DNA of 64,000 nucleotides from Hydrolagus colliei (lineage: Eukaryota), in the NCBI GenBank assembly GCA_035084275.1, contig CM068755.1:8804001-8868000 (forward strand), in the 5' to 3' direction. The notes beneath the pieces were generated by a model. That model saw nothing but the letters and a program-made list of their open reading frames with translations, was not told where the DNA came from and ran no database searches. Shown here in pieces: positions 48,501-61,817 of the stretch (positions are counted from its first letter, which is position 1; each line of letters starts with the position of its first letter). Position numbers and translations under genes: made by a program.

Positions 48501-49905
48501 ATTTTTTCCCAGCCCTCTGCTTGGAAAAAACTTCTCAAGTTAGGAGTGATCCAGCTGTTTACTCACATGCTGATGCTTCCACTGTAGGGTTTTATATGCA
48601 TCAGTCTCTCTAGTATTATGTTTAAATCTGAAAGAAAGTGGAAATGCATCACAGTAACCAAGGAGAATTCCATATTGGGTATTCTTGCGGGACTTTGTGA
48701 CATCCCTTGAGATACCAGAAGGAGTTGGGATCCTTAGCCCGTGGTGGTTAGAGGGTTGGCATGAGCCATATCCGAATGCCTGCAAGATTTGCTTTTTCAA
48801 CAATCATTTTGCCAATCTCTCAAATTGCCCCCACTGAGACAGGAAAGCATGGTCACAGCAGTAAGCGGAAGAATGAAACTTGGCTCAATTCAATTTGTTT
48901 TTATGATTCGATGCAGTGATCAACACTAATGTCCTTCATTGGGTTTGCATCCAGCCTAGAAAAGACTGACTGAGGAGATAACCTTTGTCTGTCTGGTGTT
49001 AAGAGCCACAAACAAGATTAAGTTTGGCAGCCTTCCATTTCTGTCACAGCATCGGCTTTGAAAGGCCAGCCATGAATTATAGAAATGTCAGTGGGTTTTG
49101 ATTTCTGTTATCTTTAGTCCAGTTTTTGAACACAGTCAGATGATAGTGTGTGTTAATTGATTTCTTCCCCTCACCCACATTATTGTTCATGTGCAGAGTG
49201 GATGCAGTGTAGATATTAACATTGCCCCCCCAACATTGAGCTTCAACTCCTGAGCACAGAATAAACCGCTTATTTACCTCTTATTAATGTCCTCTTATTG
49301 ATGAGCAATTGCATGTTGAGGTGGGCATTCACAGGTAGCGAGTATTAGATTGGCCCCAATTCATTGTACAATGCTCCTGACCTATTCAAATGCATTCTCT
49401 CGAGGGTCACCAAAATGTTCTTAATGTATCCAATTACCCAGACATCATGTAATAGCATAAGATGCGTATGAAAAAAAATCCAAACATACTCCCTCCCATG
49501 ATCCCCAAAATAATTGTGCATTCCATCCTTTGTACAATCTCCAGGAGAAAAGCTTCCCACCAACATTCCCTGATGGCTCTGCTGTCTACCATTATTGCCC
49601 AATACCCCCCACCACCACAGATAAAACTGTTCATTCACTTCATGGCTGTTTGTGGAGCATTGATGTACGTAAATTGGCTGTCACATTTGTCTACAAAATA
49701 CATTCACAACACTTTACAGTAAATCCTTTGAAGTGTTTTGGTGTCCTCCTGTCGTGAAATGCGCCATGTCAAATACAAGAATTATTATTGGCTTCGAAAC
49801 ATTCCTAAAATTAATTTACGAAATAGAAGTTTGGAGTTTGTTGATTTGATCAGATAAATGAGCTTTCCATGTGAAAATATTGGAATGCCTTAGGCTTATT
49901 GCATT

Positions 49906-50203
49906 GGAGTCCTGTAACTCAGTGGTTAGAACTCTTGCCTTGCAAGTGAGAGACCTGGGTTTGATGCCCGTCAAGGCAAAACATTGGGTAACTTTCCTTA
50001 CTCCACACACCGCTGTTTGCTTTGCAGTAAGTAGGAACCCGGTTGTTAATTGACTAGCGGATCGTTTTTCTGTGGCTAGTAATTCCATTAAAAAAATAAA
50101 ACAAATTGATCACTCAATCCATGACTGTTTGTGGGACACTGCTGTGTGCCAATGGCTGCAGATGTGATAAGGCGCTATATCAAATGCAAGGATTATTATT
50201 ATT
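49906..50203 (+). mobile_element. tRNA-SINE, long form with extra central domain and a 3' internal deletion
   Basis: Head ggagtcctgtaactcagtggttag, central gcagtaagtaggaacccggttg, tail ggcgctatatcaaatgcaagg(att)n. A more degenerate partial copy lies at about 49620-49790. Confidence 0.9.
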
Positions 50204-50266
50204 GTTGGGTGTGACAAAATTCCAGTGTTCACGTGTGAGGCTTCTTGCTTTTTCATTGTACCGCAG

Positions 50267-50376
50267 TGCTGATTCTGAGTGTCGCTGACAGCAGAAGCAA
50301 GGAACTATTGGCCAGCTACCGTGTGCCTGTGTCCTACCTTCAGATGTTTCAACATTACCATGTGGAGTTGATACAG
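50267..50376 (+). CDS. CCDC33: CCDC33 coding exon 6 (VLILSVADSRSKELLASYRVPVSYLQMFQHYHVELIQ)
   Basis: Acceptor ttgtaccgcag, phase 1 in, donor CAG|GTAATC phase 0 out. Matches recalled human [35 protein letters not shown]. Confidence 0.94.
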
Positions 50377-51816
50377 GTAATCACTTGTAGAATACAAAAC
50401 TGTAGAAACTTGCAGCAGAACTTTGAACTTGCAAATAATGAGGGTGCTCAGATGGGCATTCATTTGAATTGAGTGCTCTTGCTCACTCTTGTTCAGTTTA
50501 TAGGCCTTTCATGAGCCAGAGAAACTTGGCCTGGCACCTGTGGCAGAGCTATAATGTAAAGCAATGAAACTGTACACTCACAGGGAACCTGATCACTGAG
50601 TTCACATGTAACACCAGCACATGCACTTGAATGCCTGGTAACTCCATTGGTGGCTTCCAACACAACCATTGTGCAAAAATTGAGTGGGAAAGGTTTACCC
50701 TTGGACACTGATAAATATTGATTAGCTGATTGGGTGGAAACCCTCCTCTTGCTCTTTCATTGGAGATATGAGTGTTTCAGCCAACATAAGCACTTAAAGA
50801 TTTGCATGTTTCTGAAGCCAGCTCCATATCTGTTGCAGACCCTGATGTAATTGGTAAAGAAGAGATTAACCCACTTTGCAATAAAATCTAAAAGCATGTC
50901 AGGTGATAGAGATCTCTTTACTGTTCTCATAGCATGTACAATCTGATGCAAAGCAGCAATGAATACTGCATTCATGCAGACACTCGCAAAAACCAGCGTT
51001 TTTTCTAAACGTTTGTGATTTTATCTCTTGTGTTTCCTTTGGCCAGTTTTCTAACTCATATCACAAAGAGCTCTTGATGGCTTCCCTCCTCCCTTACACA
51101 GCTATGCTATTTCTAAACTCAATTAGCTATTCTTCTTGTGTGAACCTTGGCAGTGAATATATGTGATTCTGTGTGCACCACCAGCACACACTTTCCAACA
51201 GGATTGAAGTTTTCTTGATTAGCAAAGCTAATTTGAGTTACAGCTCTGACTACCACCCCATCAGATCTACTACCTCTGCACGGGCCAGAAATTGAACCTT
51301 TATAATTTATGTGGTTCAAGTACTCACAGTATAAACTCTCCGAGCTGTGTAGGGTGAACTAAATTTATTTTATATATTAAAATAAAGTTTGTTTCCTCCC
51401 CATCAATGTGTGACTATGGTGAGCCACATCTATATTTCTGCGAAAGAAAAAACACTTCCATGTTGCTGAACCCGTCACTACTTGGGGCAGAAGCAACTAA
51501 TGTTTCTGTGTGCTTATTCCTCACACTGACAATGCCTCTGTATATTATTCTTCCCATTGATTCCTCTCTGACCTCAATAATTCATGGAAAATTCTGCACA
51601 TTTTCCATCCACATTTCCTATTTTATTGACCACTAAGAGTAGCTGATTGCACACTCTTGATCTAGAGGTCTAGAGCTTCTCCTTGAAAGTCTGACCAGCA
51701 TTTGCGCATCATCTAAATCTGGGATATTTATAAGCATTTGATTCTACTCACCTAATTCCACTCCAAGGATTCAGTTTTGATACTCATAAGTACCCATAAT
51801 AATATTAATGTTAATT

Positions 51817-52184
51817 ATAATAATAATCCTTGCATTTTACATAGCACCTTATCACTTCCTTGAGATGCCTCAAAGTGCTTCACAGAACATACAGAATATA
51901 CTGTAAAGTGAATTGACTGTATATTTGTGGGTGAAACGCAGCAGGCAGTTGCACACAGTAGTATCCCACAATCAGTCATGGATTGAGATGACATTTTTTT
52001 AAAGGAATTATTACCCCGGAAAAGCAATCCGCAAATCAACAAACAACCGGGTTCCTACTTACTGCTGGGTGAACAGAGGCGTGTCGAGTAAGGAAACTTG
52101 CCCAACGTTTCGCCCTGCAGGGGAATGAAACTCAGGTCTCTCACTTGCGAGGTGAGTGCTCTAATCACTGAGCTACACAACTCC
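51817..52184 (-). mobile_element. Full-length tRNA-SINE, long form
   Basis: Reverse-complement head (cactgagctacacaactcc), central ccgggttcctacttactgctgggtgaacagagg, and tail. Confidence 0.92.
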
Positions 52185-53261
52185 AATTTATGCAGGTGGG
52201 GTTAGGGGAGTATGTCTCGGAGAATTGAACAATGGTGAAGTTTTACACCGAATGATCTGGTGATGGTCACATTAAGCATGGTGATAGGGTTCTATGTGAG
52301 ACAGGTAGATAACTGATTAATAACAATCCATGTTTTCATGTGCGAGCATTAACTGTGAATGTTGACAGTTTATCAGATCAGATCATAGGTGCAACTCAGC
52401 CAAGCTAAATTCTCATCTGGTATTGACACATATACTTTCCAACTGGACAGTGATCAGACTGGGCCCTCTCACTGAATCCCCCTGACCTCTGCTCATGGAA
52501 ACTGAGGCCAAATGCAGTGCCTCCACTGTCCTCCCTGTTCAAATTGGCTAATTCCATTCTAGTGAAAGTGATGATTATTTTGCATGATAAAGATTACTTT
52601 AGTTAAACCAAGGATGTGTAGATGAAATGTTCAATCTATTATTGATACCTGTCTCTCAGTTTATTCCCAGCAGAGGTTCAGATACATGTATTTCCAATCG
52701 TGCATACATTAAACCAGATTAAGTTCCTTTCTTATTAACAATGGATTTTTATCTTCCTATTGCAATTTGTTATCTAATGTTGCATTTTGTAAATTGCCTT
52801 TTTATAACTCTGTGTGTATATGTGTATGTACAGATGCTTATGAAGTAAGGGTATTGGGAGATTTGGAGGAAGAGTGGGGAAATCCGATTAAATGTATAAA
52901 GAACTTCAATGCTCTAATAACATAGTAGAGCAGACTTTATTGGTTGTTATCCTATGTTCCTATATAAATTGCGTATTAAAATAATTCTTATAAAGTACAT
53001 TTTCTGCATTGCAATGCAGCCTATCTTACTTAATGTGATTTTGTATATAATTAGAAATAGGCTCTTGAGTGATTTATGTTTAGTATATACTGCCATGAAT
53101 TACCCCCGAGACCTATTAATCCTTAATCGTCAGTCATTTAAATGTTTTTAATTCCAGTAACGGAAAGCTTTTGTTAAGAGTTCATACAAAAATCAATGGC
53201 TGCTGTTTGAGTATTTGATTGATGTTGATTTGTGCCTTTTTTTTAATGGTTTTTACTCCAG

Positions 53262-53363
53262 CCTCACATCAATGTGCCCTCTGGAGTCCGTCTGTATGCC
53301 ACGCTTGTTCGGAAGGGTAGTGTCATACCACGTCAAGAGGGATTTGCTTTCACTGGGTTTGAG
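53262..53363 (+). CDS. CCDC33: CCDC33 coding exon 7 (PHINVPSGVRLYATLVRKGSVIPRQEGFAFTGFE)
   Basis: Acceptor tttttactccag, donor GAG|GTGCAG, phase 0-0. Matches recalled human LYATVVRKSSFIPR. Confidence 0.92.
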
Positions 53364-53684
53364 GTGCAGTATGATTTAAGGAAAGGGATATTCATCCCCA
53401 AACTATATCTGAATCTCAATAAAAGTAACTGTTCTTTGGTGGAATGCGTTTGGTGCATAAATGCATAAACTAGGTGCTCCTTTTCTTCTTTGCATCTTCA
53501 CAGAGTGTTGAAATCAATAGTCAGTGAGGCTTTTGACTGTGAAACTGGAGGTGATGTTAAAGCTAGCTTCTGCCTTTCTGTTCAGATGCGCATTAAAAAT
53601 CCTTCAGTGCTATGTTTGAGAAGGGAGTTTCACCTGTTGTCTTTGATTCATACCTCTGTTGTTAATAAATTAGTAATAATAAAT

Positions 53685-53852
53685 TGTTTATCTCAATCCA
53701 CAACTGTTTGTGGGACACTGCCTGTGCGCAATTGGCTACCACGTTTCGTCCACAAAGTATACAGTCAATTCACTTTGCAGTATATTCTGTGAAGCGCATT
53801 GAGACATCTAGAAGATGTGAAACTGCTGTATCAAAAATGCAAGGACTATTAT
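53685..53852 (+). mobile_element. tRNA-SINE 3' half
   Basis: ctcaatccacaactgtttgtgggacac...aaatgcaaggactattat, ending about 35 nt before the exon 8 acceptor. Confidence 0.88.
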
Positions 53853-53887
53853 CTGTTTGGTGTTGATTTCCCATATGTTGTTTTCAG

Positions 53888-53979
53888 GTTCTTGTACGGG
53901 GATTAGAGAGACCATTGAAGGACCCTGTAGGACCACTTCTTGTTGTAGCTCGGATAGTGCCTAACTGTGAATCCTACAT
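53888..53979 (+). CDS. CCDC33: CCDC33 coding exon 8 (VLVRGLERPLKDPVGPLLVVARIVPNCESY)
   Basis: Acceptor gttgttttcag, phase 0 in, donor AT|GTAAGT phase 2 out. Matches recalled human IFLRGVNEPL...PIVVIARVVPNY. Confidence 0.93.
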
Positions 53980-54244
53980 GTAAGTATTGCACCTCAGTAG
54001 TTTCCTTGAAAAAGCAGAAGCATATGACTGCACACAGATGGCTTTTCCAGAGAGCAAAACATGATGCCAAACAATAGCGGCTTCCTGTACTGTAAATTCC
54101 TATAGTTCATCATAGCAAAGTCACAAAAATATTTTTGTTATCGTCAATCCCATAGCTGGTGAATTGACCTTGTCAGAGGAGGACAAAGAGTGAAGGTTAA
54201 ACAATAACGCTAAGTGTCTAAATTTATCTTTTGTTCCTCAATAG

Positions 54245-54365
54245 AAATGCAATGTTAATGAAGACTTCCAGATTGGCCAGCATCACTGCCACAGCAGTAA
54301 AATACCCAAATCCACCCCGATCTTCATTTGAGGTTCTTGACTGTACAAACCACGGTTACCCTCAG
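54245..54365 (+). CDS. CCDC33: CCDC33 coding exon 9 (NAMLMKTSRLASITATAVKYPNPPRSSFEVLDCTNHGYPQ)
   Basis: Acceptor ttcctcaatag, phase 2 in, donor CAG|GTACAT phase 0 out. Resembles recalled human [23 protein letters not shown]. Confidence 0.9.
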
Positions 54366-55537
54366 GTACATAAGCAGAGAAACAGAAGTACAGTCCAATG
54401 TTATATGGGAAAGAGAAGGGTCTAATATGAGGTGACTTCTAATGGTATTCCTTAATATTGATACAAAAACAGAGACTCCTTCTGGTAATAAGAGAGAAGC
54501 TCAGAAGAGGAAGCAGAATGACTCAAGTGAAAACCTAAAATATTGGTTTAAGATGTATCAGAATATTATGTATAATTGATTGCATAAAACTTGTTAAGTT
54601 TTCAGCTGTTCAATAAGAGTAAGTTTTGAATTTGTTTTTAAACAAAAGGTTTGGTCACTGAAGGGAGGTTAAAGTATCGGAGCAGGAGAAGAGATAACGG
54701 AAGCAAAAAAGGTAGCAGTTGTTGACGGCACTAAGCAAGGTAGCAACAGATGGGGTAGTAAGCTGAGGATTAGCCCAGGATGGGGCATAAGATAACAGGC
54801 AGTGCGGAATAAAAGGCGCAGACAAAGATACTGCAATCTGGTCCAGCTAGGATCAGCTGTTGTTTCGGAGTTCTGGAGGAGAGCAATTCAGGATCACCTG
54901 TGGTGTGATGGGAATCTCCAGCATTGGAGTTTTTAAAAATCAAACAATAGGTCACAACCGACCACAAGAGTATTTGATTCTGGATATGACGGAGCTGATG
55001 TTTCTACTTTGCCGGAAAACACACTTAGCTACAGTACGGGGGTAAGGGTGAAGGGGGAGATTGACAATTGTCAATTAAAAAGTTTCTAGATATAATAGGA
55101 GGTAAAATGCAATATTTTGTTAGGCAAAAATTGCTATCTTGGCTCTGTTTTTTGCTTGTTTTTACAGTCAAGAGCATCCGATGAGGACAAAGCAATTGTT
55201 TATTTGGGGAGCTTTTGTCAACTCTTTTGATTAAAATCTCCACCATGTAACGCAAGCCCAAATAGTGCAACTTTCCAAGTCCGGAATTTTAAACCCCATG
55301 ATGTCTTTAATCCTAACACAGATGCGACTAGTTTTGTGTTCCGTTGCTGTGTTTGTTTTGTTCACAGTGCTGCTGTTTGCCCAGCATGCACTGGGGATTA
55401 GGCATTCTACTGTCACTTTATATTAGTCTCTGATACTGCCTGTACATGCTTCATATGCATTTTTCAGGAAGATCAGATTGATGGGCATGAGTAATTTAGA
55501 TTGTTATGACCACAGCCTCTTTCCTGCAGGAATGAAA

Positions 55538-55585
55538 GGACCTTTGACCACTGGATCTGTCAAAGGTGTTGGAGGTCAGTGACCC
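55538..55585. promoter_or_regulatory. Nuclear-receptor half-site cluster (DR1-like plus consensus IR1)
   Basis: GGACCTtTGACCA (55538-55550) and AGGTCAgTGACCC (55573-55585). Motif match only. Confidence 0.3.
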
Positions 55586-58500
55586 ATGGCTTTAAGGCAC
55601 ACCTAGCGACATCTAGATTGTCAAAGTAAAAATAAGATGGGAAAGTAATGTCACACTTTTGTTTGCAGATTTAATTAATTACTTGGATCAGCATTTAATT
55701 AATTGGATCATAAACCCCTCTCCCAAACAAGATCTGTTGCAGCTTAGCTTCGAAAGGCACACAGCCGAGCTGGATCGACACTTGGGCTGGTTGCGATCAG
55801 GAGGGCGGAGGGGTTAGGAGTAGGAAGGTGACCAAAGACACGGTCAAAGATGAGATTCTTGACACTGGTTTTGAAGGAGGTGAGGAAGGGGGCGATTAGC
55901 CAATGAGAATAACCAACACAGCATAGACTGGGGATTGAACATGATGCTTTACTGACTGAGTTATACGTAGGATGCTGGCAAAGGGGAGGGTGTAGGAAAC
56001 GTTATAAGATTTGGGAATGGACAATTGTAGATAAAATTATTTTTAATTTCACTTCGGTTTGCTCAGAGGAAGTAAAATTCACAAGCGAGAAACGTTAATA
56101 TTGGAAACCACAGCTAGGTAAAGACTACATTTCCAATGGCCTTATTCATGGCACTATTGGAAGCTACAGTTTTGAGATGAATGGAGCATGTATAGGAGGA
56201 CACAGCAGGGAAATGGGTGATTTCCACATTAATACTTAGCCAAAACATTGTTGAATTTGGAGTGGAACTACTGCTGTGGTGTTTGTTTTATTCATGATTA
56301 TCTATTTTTTTTTAGAAAATATGTTCAAATTGTGCTTATGAAAACCCATGTCTAGAATCAGGCATTGGTGCAAGCTTCTGTTTTGACAAGATGCCAAGCT
56401 GAATTAATGCCATGGTAATGATGTGGCAGCAACTTAACATATTGCTGCCGGAATTTTCACTTGCATGCATTGGGGTCTAACACACGATGATTTCTAGCAG
56501 AATTCAGAAAACCAAGCCAGTGTTCCTTCTGGTAACTAGAATTCCTTCACACTGACCCACTGGAGCTTTGCTCCTAATGTAGATCTTTGGAATATACTTC
56601 CAGCGAGTCACCGTGATGGATTACCTTACTGTGGAAATGATCACATATTAGACTTCCTTATTCCTTACTTTTCCTGAAAAATAGTTTGTACAACATGGCG
56701 GAAGTTATTTTTGCATCCATTTTGTTTCTTGTTTAGACACGAGCTGTTGTTTGACAATTTCAAAGAGTACCTCATCTGTATACTCATCATGTTCTAGATG
56801 TGAGTATCAGACAGATTAGCAGATGGTTAGAACATGAATTCCAGAGTTGCACAGCAAATTCTTACATAGGAACAAACCCCAAATTGATGGGGGTTTGCAA
56901 TATAAATATCTAATTTTTACGCAGGTTCCATGTTGGAAATATTTTCAGTAGAGATATCTAGTTCAGGATATTCAGGTGATTTCATGAATTTTAACGGTTC
57001 CTGAACTGGAAAGTGCGCTGCTAAATGTGCAACTGGGCCATACAGACCAGAGCAGGTCTTTAATCTCATCCCTCTGTCTGAGTACACAAAACTATACATT
57101 TGGGAATTGGAATGTAAATTCTCTGCTTGTCAAAAAAAAATTGACCGTTAAAATTGTCCTGCTAGAGTCCTTTTCAACCTTTAACATTCTTTTGAAAAGC
57201 TCCTCCCTGCCTCCTCCTGTGGAAACGGTAACACATCTTCATTGCTAATTTAGTAATTCCCAGGTCTTCTAAAAGTAGATATGGAAACTCTGCATGTCCC
57301 CCAGTCTTCCCTTCCTCTCACAATCTACAGGCTTTCAAAACAGAAGCTTGGAATTGCCTAACTGCTGCTTGATTTATCTTACTCGCTCTCCTGCTCTGTT
57401 CAGCCTGGGTTTACAGCTCTAGGGTCCTCAGACCTTAGCGTAGGTTTCTCAGTGTGTGTTTAAGAAAACACCATCCAAATGCAATGGTTGATGTGTGTTA
57501 TTGACTCTTTATACTGGAATTGATGCTGTGCCTTGGGGACAGTGGAGCGGCTGTTTAGTGTTAATCTTTTCCCTCCAATAAATTAACATTCTGCCCCAGT
57601 CTATGGTGAGTAAGCCTACTGTGGGCTGAGTTATAGAGTAATCTTGAAAGAGTAGTTGCCTTCTGATGCATGAGCTGCCTATGCTGACTGCAGCAGTATA
57701 ACAACAACAAAAAATTACATTTGTAGAGCGCATTTCACATCGGGAGGACATCCAGACTTAAGAGACATAGAGTTAAAAAAAAAGGCATAACCAAGGGATA
57801 ACTATTGACCATTGAGCTTCACATCCTGATATCTCAACTGAAGTGCCAGTATTTATGATTCTGAAATTCTATGTTACTAGGTAGGTCAATGGTCAACGAT
57901 AATCACATTGGTATAAGATTGATTTTTCTCTTACGTTTATCCATAATACTGGTCTGTCCACCTCTAAAGAGACAAATGGTCTTCAGTTTGCATTCTGAAA
58001 GGGTTTCATGCATATTTTTCTCATTTATCTTGAACTGACCCATTTCGTATAAGAATCCCGTTGTGGCAAACGTGTTCTACATAAGAATCCTGTGGCTTCG
58101 TAGTCCATCAATCTTTGTGGATTGGCATCGCTTTGGACTCTTTAACCCACAGCATGTTGCAGTGAGATATCACGGTGGGTGGGGGGGTGTCTCACTTCTG
58201 GTATTGATGGCAATTCAATGAAACCAAGTCAAGCAAATTAATCGCACGTCCTATAACTGGAACTATGTCCTCCTGAGCTACGGGAGCTACTCATTGATAC
58301 ATCTGCCAATGGACCTTCCAACAGGATGCCTTATCTTAATCATGTTAAGAAATATTACAAATTAGACCTATATGTTGTTATCCACGGTGAGATTACATAT
58401 CTACAAAATGTATCTCACTGCTGCTTGCTGGACTTTGGACAAGATTTAAAAATAAGTCAGTGCCACCTTCTCAGATGCAGTCTTAAAAATACAGTCTGAA

Positions 58501-61500
58501 ACACTGATTGTCCAGAGTCTTGGGACATCCTTCCGACGCGAAAGACGCTATACAAATGTAATATTGTTGTTGTTAAACAGAAACTTTTTCAAAAAAGCTG
58601 GAATTGCTGTGTATTCTCCTGCAGCCAAACCCCCTTTTAGTTGTAATGCAAACGGCCACTGACAGTGGGAATAATGAATGCTATTGTGCATAACGGATTT
58701 CCCCAAAGAGACATTTAGTGTGACTGTAATAAAGCACAGAACACTAACAATGTGACGTTTATGGCACTTCAGAGAGAAAAGCACAAGTACCATCTATGTG
58801 GAACTGAGGGGCTGGTTGTGCAAATAGAATAACAGTCCCACAACGTAGAGCAAATGTGTACTTACAGATATGAGGCGGGGTTGACCCAATAATATGTGCA
58901 AACAGCTTAAATATGTTCTTGCTGAAGAGCTTAGCTTGGAATCAGGATCGTCTCAAACTGTTTCCAAACCCTGACTCATATCCAAGACCCATTGTCTAAA
59001 AACTGCAAGTCTCCACAGCTCCCTCAGTTTTTCATTCTCTTCCTTTTCAAGCCAATGCCAGTCCTCCCTGTTGCCTCTTTAAGTGAGGCCACCAATTAGT
59101 GCTGATTTATGGGCAGTTGCATAGTAAGAACTTACAAGTCTTGGTCATTGACTGACTGCTTTTTAAAACCAAAGTATCAGTTATAAAATTGAACCAGTGC
59201 GGATATTAAAAAATCTTTGTTTGCCTTGTTTATGCCTCTAGCCATTGTATCATATTTTATCAGTGGGTGAATTTTCAGCCATTCTGTCCCCGCTCTCAAG
59301 AACTTTATCCCAGGGTCTTTATCCCAGGGTCCCTCTGGCTTCTCCCCTCCCTCCCCAGCTGTGTAAAGTCCATTGAGGTATCTCACAACATTAAAGTCTT
59401 TACATAACTGTATATTATATTGCAAAAGGATTTTGACTGTATGACCACTGTGACCTCTTTCTGCACAATTAAGGAACTTTCCACATTGGCCTTTTCTTAG
59501 CAGTTGTCCCTTTTCATGTTTGGTAGCTTTCAGCCACGATAATGCAGTTTTTCACCAACTGCCTTATTTGACACAATCCATCTTTTCCAGTGCTCCAGTT
59601 TGAATACCAGCCATGGAAGATTTCTTTCAGGTGATGTGAGTGTGACGGCCACAAGCACTTTTGTGAAAGATGTGCTACTCATTTTCTGGGCGCAGCATTC
59701 CACATGGGATTCCGCAGCACATTTATTGTTCCTAACAGATATTTTTAATGTTATGCAAATTCTTGCTAACTAGGAACCCATTCGAAATTCCTCTATATTT
59801 CACACTGCCTTTTGAAACATTGCTTAGTCTATTTTTTTAAATACATTGGCTGCACTACCAATCTTAGACGTGTTATAATTTTACTCCTGACTGATTTTTG
59901 CCCCAGGCTTGATATTTTCTGAACGGTTTCCTTTGTAATCGGGCACCGTGGTAAAGTGCAGTTTGGTTGCCGGCTTATGTGAAGTGCAACTCGAGAATAC
60001 TCAAAAGTCTACGGAAAAAGGCCACAGTTCAAATGTCTCATGATTACTTGACATTTGAAAATCGTAGTTTGTTTTGGCAATCTCTTTTGGATTATTGGAC
60101 ATAGTTGCCTGAGAGATCAGCTAGTCTTACAAGTTATAGTGGTGCATTGCGACAAAGTCTTACATTTAGTTTGAATTTGGAAATGTGATTTTCAGCAGAA
60201 CCAATTTCCAAATTAAGAAATCAAATTCCAAGAATTTGTGCATAATCCTAGAACCATTAAACAATGATTGTACAGGCTAGATTGGGTGCAGTGTTGGGCC
60301 CCAGCTTTCTTGTGTGTGTTCTACGCACTTCCTGTTAGACATGCGAGGTACCAGCTTCCAATGTAGATCATTGCTAGTTGTGGCCATCTCAATTGCAAAT
60401 GGCCAAAGCAAGGCACAGGATCAAGGAGTAAGCTAAGGTTGAGATAAGGAGGAGAGAGTTTGTATGTGGGGCAAGGTGGCTGAAGGCTTGACTGTCAATG
60501 AGGGATGTGAAGCAGAGGAGAAGGAATGCAAGAGTTCAGAGGTAGTGTGAAGCAAGTCTTCTTAAATTGGTGTTCTGAGTCACATTGACATTGTTCTCCT
60601 CCTGCAAAATCAGGACACTAAAAATCTTAACATACAGGCCATGTGTAGCCTCCCTGTCATGTTCTGCTATGTTGCCTGCAATTACTGGTGGTAGACTGAT
60701 CTGATGGAGGCAGTGACCTCCATTCATAATTCATTGCAATCACACTTTGTTGCATCTACTCATCGAGTCCTTGGGGCCCTGGAACTGTCACCAGCAATAG
60801 TGTTTTCCCAGGGCTCTGCGGGGGTCCCCATGGCTGCAGTGGGTGGCATTTCAATGAGATAAGGTTAACAGTGACAGCGCTGAACTACATGTCAAGGCAG
60901 CACATTGATTTTTCAGTTCATGTTTTTTTTTGTGAAATCAATCTATAATTGTTATTTCAGGATAATGATTAATACAAACAGACCGACGCTAGTTTTACAT
61001 TCTACCAATTTTCTACCCTTGTCCTTTGCTGAATCATTTAACTGCTTTTACTTTCATCTGGAGGGTGCAGCCCTAGATAGCCTCCAGAACCTGGCCCCCC
61101 TGACTGACCTATGTTTGTGTGTGTGTGTGAGTACGCCCATGTGCGTAGACTGTGAGTGTTGACAGATTAGAGGAGAGTAGGAGGAGGCGGATCTCAACTA
61201 GATCGCTCCTGTCATGCAGTTGTCCAAAAGACCATGATGGTAAAATGTATTAACATATAGAATTTTTTTTAAAAAGCTACATTTTCAGAAAAAGAAAAGA
61301 CCAACATGGTCCTGCAGGCAGATCTTCCACTGTGCTGTATATTTATCAAACTCATGCCTTATTTCCTGTCATAATTTACTTCCATCTTCTTGGCTTGTCT
61401 ATCCCATTCGCCATGATCCATGTAACGTATTCAATTCAGACTTATTTATTCACCTTATTTCTTCTGATCTTGTGTCCATCGTCCCTTATTTGTGACCTTA

Positions 61501-61652
61501 TTCAAGATATTCCTAAGGCTCCTTTAGGACCTTGCTTCAATAACATCTCCCCTGAGATTTATCATCTCTATTGAGAATATTTTGAGTTCTTGTAACCACT
61601 GTTTGTAACTCATGTGCTTCATATGTTCTACTGTAGGCTAATAATTGCTTGA

Positions 61653-61817
<165 letters not shown>

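Noticed and set aside
59303-59331. Short tandem duplication CTTTATCCCAGGGT x2 (similar ones near 29140-29210 and 55670-55710)
   Set aside because: Ordinary slippage duplications with no further structure.
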